A stretch of DNA of 64,000 bases from Trichoplax sp. H2 (taxonomy: Eukaryota), in the NCBI GenBank assembly GCA_003344405.1, contig NOWV01000107.1:62001-126000 (forward strand), written 5' to 3'. The position numbers and the translations under genes are program-made. How positions within the stretch are numbered: the stretch's first letter is position 1; every line of letters begins with the position of its first letter. Shown piece by piece: positions 20,223 through 33,954 of the stretch. The notes under the pieces were generated by a model. The model had not been told where the DNA came from. It worked only from the letters and a program-made list of their open reading frames with translations, and searched no databases.

Positions 20223-22618
20223 TTAATTTTCACTATAATTGCCAGCATCTGATTCTATATCTTCAGGTATTGAACTATTCAAATATTGATTATCGGAAAT
20301 CTCTTCTTCATTATTACTATTAGTTTCAAAAGGTACCAAATCCTCATCTTTGTGACTTACAGACGGAATATTAGACAGCAAATTGTCGAATTGATCATCG
20401 TCGTCACTCTCTGTTGCAGGTATCGTTGATTCATCAGCCGAATATTTTACTTTTCCATCCGTTTTAAGCTTGGTCATATTAGATACTGTATCTTCAGTTA
20501 AACCTAGATCCTGTAACTTTTTGGCAAATTTCTTTTCAGCCGCATTCTTAGCGCTCATCTGAGCTACCCGTTCGAACAAGAGTGGTCTATTTTCAACTCT
20601 ATTTTTCATTTCTAATATACCCCGATCATATTCTTCCAAACGCAGACGGTCAGATTCTCTGTAGAGAGAAATTGAAAATGTAATCTTTTACATTTTAATA
20701 CGATATTGATTAATTATAGATTCAAATTTCATTTAGTAAAATAGCGTCAGATATTTATGCTTCATGATTCATACTTATAATTTTGAATTTTCTGTTGACT
20801 TTCAAATTCTAGGTCTTTACTGCGATCATTTCTGCGCACTTTCTTCGAAATGGCTGTTTTCAAATTTCTCTCACGTTGCTTACGAAATAATTCTTCTTCC
20901 ATTTCTTTCCTTTCCTTTAGTGCCCGCTCATCTAAACTTTGCCGGATTTTCTTTTCTTTTAGTTTGGCTGAAGTTGTCATACGAATAGGAACGAAATTAT
21001 CTGTTGATTTAGATAAACTGTTTTGTCTAGTTTTGAATAATTTCGGATCCTGTGTTTCCTTAGGTATTGGTTTTTGTCGACGATCGATGAAGGATGTTCG
21101 CAATGTAAAAGGTTCTGTCACAGTTGAGTAAATGGAACGTTTCTTTTTACTGAGTTGCCTTTGAAATTGTCTTTGCAAATAATCAAAGTCTGGGACGTCA
21201 TGATTAATTTGAGGATGAAATCGGTGCTGTTTGGTTACAAATGGTTGTGCATTTCGATCTTTGTCGTATGTAGCTTTTACGTGTTGATTTCTTGCTTCCA
21301 TACTTGCAGGTAATCTAGACTGATGTAATAATTCCTCCGCTCTCATGCGCATATAGATTTTTCGGTATTCTTCCTGCTCTCGTATTCTATCATCAATGGA
21401 AGCGTCGTATAGATACTTTGGAACAGGTTTCGCTTTAAATGATTTGATATCATTAAATTCATCAAATGACACAGCATCGGGTAATGACATTGAACGTTGG
21501 CGTTCCTTCCTACTTTTTTCTTTAGTGATAAATGAAAAGGGTTTTTGCACTGATTGCAAACGCTCTTTGCTCTTCTCTCGCCTTTTCTTGCTTTTAAGGT
21601 CTTTTCTATTCTTCATAACTTGATATAATGGTAAGAAAGTTGTGGCAGGGATAGGCGTGGATTGAAATTGTTTTCTGCATTCAATTTCATCTGCAATTCG
21701 TTGTTGTATTCGTTTTTCCTCTAGTTCTATCTGAGCTGCTGTTTTTGTTTTTGGCTTACCCTCCTCACGGATGGTCATAGAGAACGGCCTTGGAATGGTA
21801 ATCTTACGACGCTGTATATTATCAGAAGTTGCCTTGCTACTCTTATTTAATTGAGTTGGCGAATCGGCTGAAGTTGTATAGTTCTTAATATTAAATTTAT
21901 CCCACATATTTTTAATCTTGTCTACGCTGTCAGTTAAGTGAATCTCATCATGATACTCTCCAATGGTATCTTGATAGCCGGAGGGCTCATATTTGTTCTT
22001 TGGCAAATATGCACTTTCGTCATCGTATGAATTATCGCCGTTATCATTGCTATCAGATCTAATCTCATAGAAAGGATCATTATGGCTTGGATATAATTGC
22101 GATTTGCCTGTATTAATCTGTTTAGGATAACTTACTTGTATATCTTCCATTGACGCTGGACTTTCGTCACTCGAGTATGCATCTCTATAACGGGCCCAAT
22201 CATATTGTCCTGTAGTATTGACAGGTCGATATGAATGCATATCTTCCCTTTCTACATCATGACTACTCTGACTAATCTCCTTTCCATAAAATTCATTTAA
22301 TTTTCTATCATATAAATGCTCTAATTGCTGTAAAGTTTGACGTTGTTGCGCTTTCAATTTGGACAGTTTTATATAAAAATCTTCGTCATCTTGATGGATT
22401 GCCTCTCGTTGATCAGCTTGCTGATTCGACTTGGCGACTAATCTAACTTTAGTCATTACGCGATTATCATTGTCTCGTTGATTTGATGTATCTTCATGGC
22501 TTTTAATTTCTACACTTTTGACGGTTCTTTCGTCGAAAGTTGCTGCTAATTTGGAATTTGGCCGCCTCGGCATAACGATGCAGCTGTTTTTGAAGGCGCT
22601 GGAATGGCGGACCGCCAT
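20223..22618 (-). CDS. FAM161A: FAM161-family (UPF0564) centriolar/ciliary protein. 2 exons: 22618-20775, 20658-20223
   Basis: KITIPRPFSMTIRE, FKAKPVP, FHPQINHDVPDF, TEPFTLRT and RVENRPLLFERV are FAM161 motifs. The phase-2 intron joins ORFs 20762..22765 and 20223..20639. Likely start ATG (MAVRHS) at 22618. A versus B paralogue assignment is not resolvable here. Confidence 0.88.
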
Positions 22619-22932
22619 GGTAACGCATCCGAAGCGGTTGGAGAAATGATTGTACGCATGTACAGTACTGAGGTGTGTTGAACAGTCTACAGTGTACAGT
22701 ACAGCACAGTTACAATACTGCGCACTGTACACGGTACTGGACTGTACTGTAGTTCTGAACCTCAAACTACAGTAGTTCAGAGCATGGACTTCGTTTCTCT
22801 CCCTCTCTCTCTCCGTCTGATTTCTAAGGATGTCGCAAACTGTTCACTTTGAATTACTATAATTAACAAATGCTGCAACTAGAGATTGCAATTGGGGTAG
22901 CAAAATTCGGACAGGTTGCAAACCCTGGCTGC

Positions 22933-23262
22933 AACTGGATCGGCTAATGAACTAATTCAGCAAGTATCCCTGAGTAATTTGAGTGTGAATAATTTCTCTT
23001 TTAGACGATGGCTAACATATCTATTGTTATTGGAGTATCTACATTATATTATCAATATAATTAATTGACTAGCGATTAACTGGATCGACTCATTAACTTA
23101 ATCATCAAGTGTTCCTGGCTAATTTGAGAGTGAACAATTTCTATCTTATAGTCGGCCGCTAACATATCTACTATCGTTACAGTATCTACACTATCAATAT
23201 AATGAATTAATTAGCGAATAACTGGATCGGCTAATTAACTTACTAATCACGTATCCCGGTCT
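22933..23262. repeat. Imperfect tandem repeat (~140-145 bp, about 2.3 copies) upstream of FAM161
   Basis: AACTGGATCG(G/A)CT at ~22933, ~23078 and ~23220. GCTAACATATCTA and TTTGAG(T/A)GTGAA are each repeated. Confidence 0.85.
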
Positions 23263-25752
23263 ATTTATCTTGCAACGTATATCCTTTCAGGCGTGAAGAA
23301 CAATATTCATAATAAAATAGAAGATTGATGATTAATGGTAATATCTATTTGATAACTTTTTTGATTGTCAGCTTTTAGTTCGTATCTATAAATAGTTAAG
23401 CAGGCTTAAATAGTTTTATTCGACTAATATATGACTCTTGGGCAACATTTAATTATGCATAATTATTTGATCCTTAATAATGTATTTTACAGATATTACT
23501 ATTTTTAATTGGTCATTAATTTATACGATTAATTTTATATTTACTGTATATTACCTCAATTGATCGTAATAAAATTATAAATCAATTTTTAATATACTTG
23601 TTACGGTGCATGTGAAGCTTGGTAAATGCTTATTACTTTCCAGATGTTAATTGCCTGAAGCTGTGAACAATTAATTAACTTTATATTGTTAGATAACAAC
23701 TCGTGATTGTAATTTAATAGTTTCATCATTTATGTCTGTGTTAATTGATCATGCCTAATTGTGCTCAATGCTACTTTATTATTGTTAATATAAATTTCTA
23801 AGATGGAGAATATTGTTGATACTCAAGGTTATGAGCTAATATTAATTAAATGTAGTGTAGTGCAATTTTATGAATCCTGAAATTTTCCCTGTTGAATGTA
23901 TTTGAACGAATCCAGTAAGCAGCATGTGTACAGCAGTTGTAATTATGTTTGCTAACCTATTAAAATGAAACCGTTTTCAAAGTATATGCCTGAGTCTAAA
24001 TTTAACTAGCTGTAATTTGTTGCTAACAGTATATTTATATCTGCTACATTATGAATTAGTCATGAGAGTCTGATAGTATCTTTATCTTCCTTAGCTTTAC
24101 AGCTGCGTAAATTATAATTGCTGTATACTTCCAGTAAATTGCTAAGTCATCAAAGTGCTGTAAGTGTACATTCTTAAATTACCTAATATCCTTCAATTTT
24201 TTTCTTAGAGTATAGTTTAATGTGATAGTAGATGTTTATTATCGCTATCTGTACAATTGCTAGTTACCTTTAGTGAACATACGAGTATAGTTCAGTAACA
24301 TGGGATGAAGCAATAGGAATGGCCAAGCACTTATGTAATTTGTGCTTTAATGAACGTATTTTTAATCATTACATTTTATAATATGTTCTCCATAAAGATT
24401 ACTTATGTATTTTTAATCTGCATAGCATAGAAATTGATGTTATTATTCCATATTTGCAAATATCTTGTTTCTATTATGCTATTATCACAGTCTACCATTT
24501 TACCTTGTACATCTTCTCAATATACTTTATTATACAGATTTAACCCATTCACTGAAAGAAGATGATAATAACAGCATAGTAGATTACTAAATTCCTTTTA
24601 AATATTCTATTGCTTAGTATTATAATTTGGTTATTCTCATTTGTAATATAAGGTATCACATTGTTTATTATTAATAGATCGATTAGTATCATGCTATCCT
24701 TTATGATGCTTTTAATAATATTTTACTAGTTGAAACAAAAAGAAAATGATAATTGATATTAATGTTGGTTTGCCATTTGTGATCATGACCTTTAGTTTTT
24801 ATTTGTAAAACAGCCTAAGGATGGAAGATATTTCAGAAAATCGAAGGATGGGTGGGAGATATAATGTTTAATAAAGAAGGGTATGTTTTACTAATATAAC
24901 ATTTTATAATTATTTGAACAGTAGGTAATTTCGTGCATAACACAGTATAATTCAAATCTGTTTCTTTATGATCAAGTATAATGACTTTAAATCTGTCGTA
25001 TTAGACTATAATTTTACTGAAGTAGAAGTACATCCTAGCATAAAACATATTTGAACGTGGAAAGTTCATGCATATTGAATGTTATTTTATTGGTAACTAG
25101 CCGAGCCATTACCATTCTTGATAGGAGCAATTATTAATTACATATGATATAATTATTACTTAGTACTTGTTGCGATGAGCTTGAATAATTGATTTAGATA
25201 AGAATTATGGATGAATCATAATCGTGTAGTAGAAAATATCAACCATTTATTAGCTTTATGAATGTTAGGTTAAGATGCGCTAGATAATTACATGTTGAAT
25301 TAAACGATTAGAATGAAATTTTCAATATTGATAATAACTTGTTAAAATGTGGATTTCTCCCTTTATTACTGTAATAGGGATTTTTGAGTAGCAAAATTTG
25401 TTCTGGGACTGGGTTGTACCTTAATGTAGAAGCTTAGCAGTATTCATAACCAGGAAAATTTTTTTAAGTCCAACCATAATACTTTCTTGTCTCAGAAGTA
25501 GTTAAAGATAAACAAGTTATGTAAAACTATTAATTAAAGTTATTATCAGCTATCAAATTGTCCACAACATAGATAAATGAAGTAACTATGTCAAAAGCTG
25601 GTTCATAGATAGAAATTTTTGAAGGTAAATTGTGTGAATTCACATTAACTCTTTTACTGTATACTGTACGATAAACTCATTTCTATAATACACTGGTCCA
25701 TTTTAGACTAGTTGGTTTGGTTATACACAGAGTTTGCTTGCGTAAATAAATA

Positions 25753-26853
25753 TCACGGATGACCACGATTAAAAGGATGAAAAATTATACAAGAAGGAAT
25801 TTTAAAATTTATAATGGTTTCTCGCCACTTTTTGGGTAAGTAAAAGAAATAAATCAGTACAAATGCTGATTTGATAGCTTTGTTATACGAAGCTATAAGA
25901 GCTGGCGTTACGATACAAGTTAATAGGTAGAAAAGTTGAAATAAAGGAGCTAGAATGATTACAGTAGTATTATTATAATTTACAATGTCGCTAAAATTAA
26001 TTTGAAGGAATGATATTATTAACGAAAATATGGCCCAAGGAGAAGCTGGTATTAAGAAAAAGAAAGTTATCACCATAGACATTTTAATAACACGATTGCG
26101 CCTTTTTCTCTTTATTTTAGCAATGGATTTGATCTGTGAGTGTTCTCTTTTTAAGTAACGTATGATTAGAATATAGGACGTGACGATGACTATTGTTGGT
26201 AGAAGATACGTAAGGATAAAATTGATCGTAAAATAAGCCTGAGCAAGTTGAGGGGAATCAAATTTAAGGTCGCATACTGTTAAGGAGAGTACATTGTGAT
26301 CAATAAAGTTTGAAAAAAAGTATCCATTAACCCATCCAACGAGCCAAATCAGCACGTTTGTGACAAGGATAGCCTTAATATCATAGTTTTTCGCATTTGA
26401 TTGAGTAACAACTCGATATCGATCAAGTGCAATAAAAGCCAAAGATAGAACAGATACCGTGTACGAACCGTGATAAATTATCGAAGAGAGGGTACAGTTG
26501 CTATAATTACTAATCGATGATGCCGATTGTGACTGTGTTATGTTATTAGGTATGCTATTAGACGGAGCGGCCGAAACGGTTAAAGTACTCGAAAATATGA
26601 ACACACAAGTGAGACATATAGCGTTAGCAAGTGCTTGATTGCATAATAGGTAATAGGTCGATTTATGAAAGGCTTTTTCGCGAATGACAACGAGAACCAG
26701 CAAGGAATTATTTATTATCGCTATAATTAGGATTGGCATTAAGATTTTCGAGAAGGAAAATTGAAGTAAACTCATTGATTGCACAAACGACAGTACCAAT
26801 CGTAAGCCGTCATTTGTCGGCGCCATGTTAACTTCATTTGATGGAGTTGTCAT
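25753..26853 (-). CDS. Intronless orphan rhodopsin-family (class A) GPCR, 366 aa
   Basis: Seven hydrophobic segments, ALDRY, TM4 W, TM5 YLLP, basic ICL3 (KIKRKRRNR), TM3/ECL2 cysteines. Confidence 0.93.
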   Translation of the reverse strand: MTTPSNEVNMAPTNDGLRLVLSFVQSMSLLQFSFSKILMPILIIAIINNSLLVLVVIREKAFHKSTYYLLCNQALANAICLTCVFIFSSTLTVSAAPSNSIPNNITQSQSASSISNYSNCTLSSIIYHGSYTVSVLSLAFIALDRYRVVTQSNAKNYDIKAILVTNVLIWLVGWVNGYFFSNFIDHNVLSLTVCDLKFDSPQLAQAYFTINFILTYLLPTIVIVTSYILIIRYLKREHSQIKSIAKIKRKRRNRVIKMSMVITFFFLIPASPWAIFSLIISFLQINFSDIVNYNNTTVIILAPLFQLFYLLTCIVTPALIASYNKAIKSAFVLIYFFYLPKKWRETIINFKIPSCIIFHPFNRGHP

Positions 26854-29597
26854 GATGAGTTAAGGCAACTGAAAAAATAGAGAAACGGTTATCTAGTAGT
26901 TCCTTTCATATTTTAATTCTGGCATATCTTGTTATTTTTTGATCAATGTATTTCTATATAAAGTAAGTACTATACGCCAGAAATATTTGATACTAGGTAT
27001 TCTGATAATTATTGTTCAATTTCAGTAGTAATAAAATCGATTAGAAGATAAATTTAGTGATGAGCTATTCAGGCTTCTTAATTGGGCATCGTTTTTATTC
27101 TATAAGACTGACTGATTGATTCTAATTGAAATTAGAGATACATTATCTTTCAATTAAATCAAATCAATTGATTGGCTGCTATCTTACGAATACTATGCGA
27201 AAATTTAGTAATGAGATTATTATTTAAAGTATAATAGTGATAGATTTACATTGGATCGTATTTATTCATATATTAAAGACAATTACAAATGTATAAACAC
27301 AAAGTACTCATACTTAATATTAGTAGGATTTTATTGCTGGTTCATAGTCCCAAGATGTAAAATATATCCTAAATGAAAGGAGTAATAGATTCAATTTTAT
27401 CATTGTCTCTTGTCTGTATTTAGTTAATAAAAGTACCGTATCTTATGTCAATTATCACAAATTTTATAAATCTCATTTTTGATGAATTACATCTTGATAT
27501 ACAGAGTTTACTTGTATATTGCTCTTGCAGGTATAGTAATTAGTGATACAGTACTGGACTTTAAAATTATTAAATTTATAAAATGCTGTAGCTATCAAAA
27601 ACTATGAATGTGTTCGAGTTAATTAGACAATTTCTTTTGTGCAAACGCATGTATTCTAGTATTGTTAAAATAAGAAATTTTAAAATACGATAATTATAAG
27701 GCAAGATAATGAAAGTTTTGATGTTCTTAAAGTATCGTATTCAATAATTAAATGGAAGTGAGTTTACATTAAATGTGTGTAACACAATCGATGTAGGATG
27801 TCATTTAAAAATTTTTTTAGTTCTAGACACTTTTCTTCAGCTCATTAATCTAACGTTGAAAAGTCTCGGTTATTTAATTTAATGGATTTTGAAGCCAGAT
27901 AATATCTTTAATTCGTATCACTTTTACTCTGAAGGTTGCTATAAATATCAAATTTTAAGATTCCTAATGAGAATGATAATTCTATATTTAAATAAGTGAT
28001 TGCCATTACTATATCTGGGTACTTTATTTTCTGATGTAGAAACAGCTATCTCTACGTATGATAGATTATAATAACTTCTTCACAATCTGATATGCAGATA
28101 CGGATTAGCTAATTAAAAATGTATATTCTTAAGTGGTAGATTACGTATGTCAGAGTCTGCCTACCGTACAAAACAAAATTTGAGATAGCTAATCCATCAT
28201 ATATGGCCAAATTATTGTATTAATTATGCGGGGTATTGTAATATCTCCTTTAATTTTCATGTTATTAAGATATAGTAGCTAGACGTACTTCAAACTTCTA
28301 TATGCCACTGCAAATACTGTTCTATATGACTTGTTCTTAGAGCTTAGTATAATTTGATAAAATTGAATATTATTACCATTGTTAATATCTTTTGCAACGT
28401 GGACATTAGTCTACAATTGATTTGTGGTATTATTGTTTATAATTTTGCTGCCATATTGGATATTACATGCCTTGTTAACTATTTTAAGGTATTTAAAGGC
28501 GGCGGTTTTAGTATAATTGAAGTCACATGTAATCGTTTTATATTACACCTATTATCTATTCGATGTTATTGCTTATGATAACTATTCTTAGATACAATTT
28601 AGCCTAGTAAATTATAATTGATCGCTGTTATCTTTGTTATTATTTTATTTTTTTTAAATACACGTTTGAAATAGAAGATGATGCAATAAGGATAGGCTGA
28701 ATTTATTTGTATCATCTATGTCGTTACAAATATCTTGAACCGTATTTTAAGCACACGATTTTTAAAGAGATGATCTTCAAATCGTTATAGCTTACAAACT
28801 AGGGTTTCTAATGTACTTATTCGTAGAACAATTATATCATCAATAATAGTTATATTTTGTCGCCCTATCATGATAGTATCCAATAATAAGCAGTAATAAA
28901 GAGTAAAAAAGAAATCTTAATATTGTCTTTGGTTGATATATCTTGTATTTTACAAGCAGTATAGGTGAAAGTGAAGAAGAGAGCAAGTAATACATTAAGA
29001 ACATTTTTTATATACCGCATTTGACTGATTACTATCGAAACTAGTCTTTTTTATTTGCGAGAAAATGTACTGTCATGTTCACTTCGTTAATATATCGATT
29101 ACATATATCTTTATTTATAGTATACGATCCGTAAAGTGAAGGAAAACTGTTATTGATATTAATTGTATCAATAATTATTTATTTGTGATGGTTTGATTGC
29201 AAGTATTAATTTTTTATCGGGTAGATATGACCTAAATTGAAGTTCTTTCAGAAGATTGACAAAAGATCAATGACTGTTATATTTGATCGAGAAGGATATG
29301 TTTTGGAAATATTTCATTTTATGATATTAACAAATATTATTAATTATTTAGGAATATATAATACATGAACGGCAAAATAGATTTCAAACTGTTTCTTCAT
29401 AATGAAGAACGAAAAATAGCAACAGACTGCTTTCCATTCAAAACAGGTAGGAAATAGTCGCTACTAATTAGTTATTATCAATCACCAGGTTAAATAACAA
29501 TTTAAAGAAGAATTATTTACGCCAATAGCGCCTGATTACTTTAGTTGCTGAATACGCTGCTATGTAGTGTGGGAGTGTTAGTTCAGTTTAAAATAGG

Positions 29598-30734
29598 TTA
29601 CTTTCCTTGAATATGGATAGAGCTTACTAATGTTACAGAGTGCCTTGTTTGATCATGAGTAAAGGGATGAAAAATGATGCAAGAAAGCAATCTAACATTT
29701 ATCATAGCTTCTCGCCACTTTTTGGGTAGGTAAAAGAAATAGATAGACACATAAGTTGACTTTATAATTCTATTATATGCAGCAATAAGACTTGGCGTTA
29801 TTATACAAGTTAAGAAGTAGAAAAGCTGAAAAATGGAATATAGAATGATTATGGTTACACTGTTGTCACTTATTAAGTTTCCGAAAGTAAGTTGAAGGAA
29901 TGCTAGTACCAACGACGATATAGCCCAAGGAGATGATGGTATTAAGAAAAAGAAAGTTGTTACCATAGCCATTTCCATGACACGATTACGTCTTTTTCTT
30001 TTTATTTTAGCAATTGATTTAATGCCTGAATGTTCTCTTTTTAGATATCGCATGATTAATGAATATGAAACAATAATAATTGTTGCCGGTAAGAGATAAG
30101 TAAGGATAAAGTTTATAGTGAAATAAGCACGAACAAGTTCATGAGAGTCAAATTTGTAATCGCACAGTGACGGAATGAGTTGGCTATTTCCAGTAAAATT
30201 TGAAAAGAAGTATCCGTTAACCCATCCGATCCCCCAGATCAGGGTATTAGCGATAAAGATAACTTTTGCATCGTAATTTTTCTTAGTATGTTGGGTAAGG
30301 ACTCTATAGCGGTCGAGTGCAATAACAGCTAGTGATAGCACCGATACTGTGTAGGAACTCTGATAAATCATAGAGGTAAGAGCACAGTCACTATAATTAC
30401 CTTCTAGATATATTGATGGTAATTGCGTAGTATTCATATCATTGAGAGAGCTAACAGTGGTTTTTACATCAAGAGAAAATGCTAAAATGCAGGCGAGACA
30501 TATAACATTAGCGATCGCTTGATTGCATAATAAATAATACGTAGATTTATGAAATGATTTCTCGCGAATGATAATTATAACCAGCAAAACATTATTTATT
30601 ATCCCAATAATTAAGATTGGTATTAAAATTCTCAAAAACAAGATTTGGAAAAACCCAAGAGATGCTATCCATTCACTAATTTTGCTATAAGCCTCTGTAG
30701 GAGCCGTGATGTTGCTATTAGATTGGGTTGACAT
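29598..30734 (-). CDS. Intronless orphan class A GPCR, 378 aa, tandem paralogue of 25753-26853
   Basis: Shares FHKSTYYLLCNQA, ALDRYRV, YFTINFILTYLLP and YFFYLPKKWRE with the neighbouring gene. Confidence 0.93.
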   Translation of the reverse strand: MSTQSNSNITAPTEAYSKISEWIASLGFFQILFLRILIPILIIGIINNVLLVIIIIREKSFHKSTYYLLCNQAIANVICLACILAFSLDVKTTVSSLNDMNTTQLPSIYLEGNYSDCALTSMIYQSSYTVSVLSLAVIALDRYRVLTQHTKKNYDAKVIFIANTLIWGIGWVNGYFFSNFTGNSQLIPSLCDYKFDSHELVRAYFTINFILTYLLPATIIIVSYSLIMRYLKREHSGIKSIAKIKRKRRNRVMEMAMVTTFFFLIPSSPWAISSLVLAFLQLTFGNLISDNSVTIIILYSIFQLFYFLTCIITPSLIAAYNRIIKSTYVSIYFFYLPKKWREAMINVRLLSCIIFHPFTHDQTRHSVTLVSSIHIQGK

Positions 30735-33290
30735 GATGACTCGACGTAATGTGTTAAAAATGAAGAAATCTAAGTATGCGGATTCCTTTTATATGGTGAC
30801 CTAGTTATATTGTCTGATATACGACCTTGTATTTATATAGAAGCAAGGATGATAGCATGACGTAACGGGCTTAGATGATTATTGTCTAGCTCAAAAGATG
30901 GCAAAGGTTAACTTTTTAAGATGATTTGAATGACGAGCTATTCAGAAGTTTTTATTGTATTTTAATTTCATTCGGTAAGATTAAGCAAATTTAATTAGAA
31001 TTTTAAGATACAATGCTGTTCAGTTAATTAATTGTTACTTTTGTTACAATTGTTGTGTAGTATATATTAGTATGATATCCATAGAAAATAAAATAGTAAT
31101 GTTTTTTTAAAAGATTTATTTATATGTTGATCGATGAGTATTTCATTGATACATTTAAGTAAACTATCAATGCAAAATACAATAATAGACCTGATTGTTA
31201 TTTCTTGCCCTGTAAATTAACACGGTAATTAATGTGGTACAATTTGAAAGACTGTTCTGCCAATTTTACATTTGATTGTTTTCAATTGATAAAACCCGCC
31301 GATATCACCATTTGGCTACTTACCGTAATTATTATAATTATTGTTAGATTGGATAGAATTTAACGTTGATCTAGACTTTCTTCCTAGATACATGATCCAT
31401 ATGTGCAACCCGATGTCTGGGTATCGAAAATGACATTGACAAGTGGATAAAAAGACACCGCATATTCAAATACGGATATAAATGTTAATTATTTAAATAT
31501 CAATGTTAATGGGATGAAGTTGAAACGTCTGGCATCTACGGGATACAACCTATCGTGTTGTTTATGCTACATCAACTCGGATATGATGTCATATTGCATT
31601 AACTTGGAATATAATAGATGTTGTATATTAAGTAGATTTCAAGCATGATGTTTTTGTATTATTTACTCTTAATAGCTGCATTATGTAATGGTCATATAGA
31701 GTGATACCTTATTCTCGATCACATCATTATTTATAATTTTTGTAGTAGACTGCAGTCGGTGTTCTTAATGGATAGTTTAATATTGTATTTTTGAGGTTAT
31801 TGATCCGTTGTTATCTACTTGATTATGAACAAAGAAAACTATACGCACACTAATCTTGATTCGATAACTAGGAATTTCACTAATTTGCTTTTCGCAACGA
31901 GTAATTCATTTGCTGCAGTACTTTCATTCTATCTGGATATTATTGCAAATTCGCAAAATTATCATTGCAAAAGGTTCAATATTCATTACTTCAGATCCTT
32001 CTTCAGCTTTACTAACAATCTAGTAACTTGACATTATATTTCCTATTTATTTCCGATCACTTTCTAGTTGTAGATACTACAGACTTTGTGGAATAAAGAG
32101 TCTACATGTCTATTGATGTAATTTGGCAATGTCGCGTAGTCCTCCATCGCTGAATATGAAATTAATTCTGACTGATTTAGTATTTATTACCAGATGATGG
32201 ATTTGTATTGCAAGTACTATATATGGTATAGCAATGATAAGAAGCTTCGTCTGCCTAGCTTTATCATTGATTAAAAGGATTTTTCATATAATACCCTTAA
32301 TATCCGACTTTTAAATGAGTTTGTTGTTTTCAGGATTCAAGCGATGCACTGAATCACTTCTTGTACTCGTCAAGGACAACGACTACTCATCGGAGTTTTA
32401 TTTCCTATATGACCCCACTTGAATATCATCCATTCTAATTAATCAGCTAGACAAAAAGGAAATGATCCAACAATGAAACTGCTTGTATATATACTTGATG
32501 TAAACCGTTTAATCTTCGTTCTACACGCTAAATCAAGCAGCTTACATATGAAGATGAAAGTTAATATCGACACAGTTCATAACAGTATGTACGTGGCCAT
32601 CTAAGATAACGCTAAAGAACCTTCGGTTTTAATCGAATTTACCGAATCACCGGGCTCTCGCGCCATTCTTATGTCATGAAACTCTATTTTCTCATTTGTT
32701 GTTTGGTTTCCGCCATAGAAGCAGTGTAGAATGCCATAATAGTCAACTGTATTAGTATTTGTATGTACCTAGTCGCAAAGCCTACAACACCAAGTAAAGC
32801 AAGAATCAATCAATTGATTATTATTACGCGTATTTATCTTCCTCAGATACGAGTATACTGCGTTAAATACGCATAACTTTCTCGATTCTAATTGAAGTTA
32901 CTATTCACTGGGATCTCGTATCATTTTCTTGTTATGAGACTTTATTCTCTTGCTGGATTATACTACCGTAGTCGTAGAGGCAGTCTACTGCAATATTCAC
33001 TCGATTTCCATCGTGGTCGGCTGTAACTGAATATACCTAGTTGCAAGGATTGTAACACTAAATAAACTAGCCATACACAAAGCTATCGTATGATATTATA
33101 ATTGATCCTCCTCGTGTAAAACATGCGCTCGAAATATTCCATTTTAATTAAATTCACAGCATCACTGGGCTCTCGTATCAATTTCTCATTTGTTTTTTAG
33201 CTACGGTCATACTGTCAATACAAGTAGAGTATACTGTAGATCAGGGCTCCAAACAATGATATTACTCATTGTGCTTTAGTTGTCCATCTC

Positions 33291-33456
33291 AATATCAAAT
33301 TCAAGGGACATTTTCATGTGCAGTTTTACTTAACTATCCTATTAGACACACAATTGAAAAGACATGATTTTTTAATATCAAATTCAAGGGACATTCTCGT
33401 GTGCAGTTTACTGAACCATCATTTTAGGCACACTATAGAAAAGACATGATTTTTTC
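33291..33456. repeat. Two-copy ~84-bp tandem duplication
   Basis: AATATCAAATTCAAGGGACATT...GTGCAGTTT...AAAAGACATGATTTTT occurs twice. Confidence 0.9.
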
Positions 33457-33954
33457 TAATATAGTACAGTGCGGTATATGGATATAGATATAAAACATGC
33501 GCTAAACACCTTTGGATTTACTGTTCATTAACTTCCAATTTTACTTGGCTCTCGTATAGATCACGGTTACGGCGTGAATTGTATACTGGTTGAACCGACC
33601 GTATATGTACCAATGACTGTTATTAGTTTGCATTAGAAATTTGAAAGAAATAAAATAACTCTACACTGCAGTAGAAATGAATGGAAACATGAAGAGCCAA
33701 TTGCTCAAGGTTGTAGTGATCTCTTGTGGAATTTGAGCCAAATTTAATGGAAATGCTTTGAAAATTGAAATGATTTAATTAAAGGCGGCACTATAGCTGA
33801 ACTACTTTCAACTAGTATAGAGAGCTCGCCATGCTCCAGAAATAGTGGTCTAATATTAGTTCTTGTCATGAAGCTCCATTTATTCGCTTATTGCTTCGAT
33901 CAGGTGTGCTCTCTGTTTCATTCGGTCGACCACCATACTGATCGACTGTTGGCA

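Noticed and set aside
20764-21623. + strand ORFs here and at 3618-3830, 9675-9887 and 43364-43546
   Set aside because: Antisense shadows of real minus-strand exons.
22619-22765. N-terminal extension of the 667-aa FAM161 ORF
   Set aside because: Begins at a non-ATG codon and runs through TACAG-rich promoter-like DNA; the ATG at 22618 is more plausible.
31380-32040. Coding-like patches between the GPCRs and the tandem array
   Set aside because: Frequent stops in all frames examined and no recognisable protein similarity.
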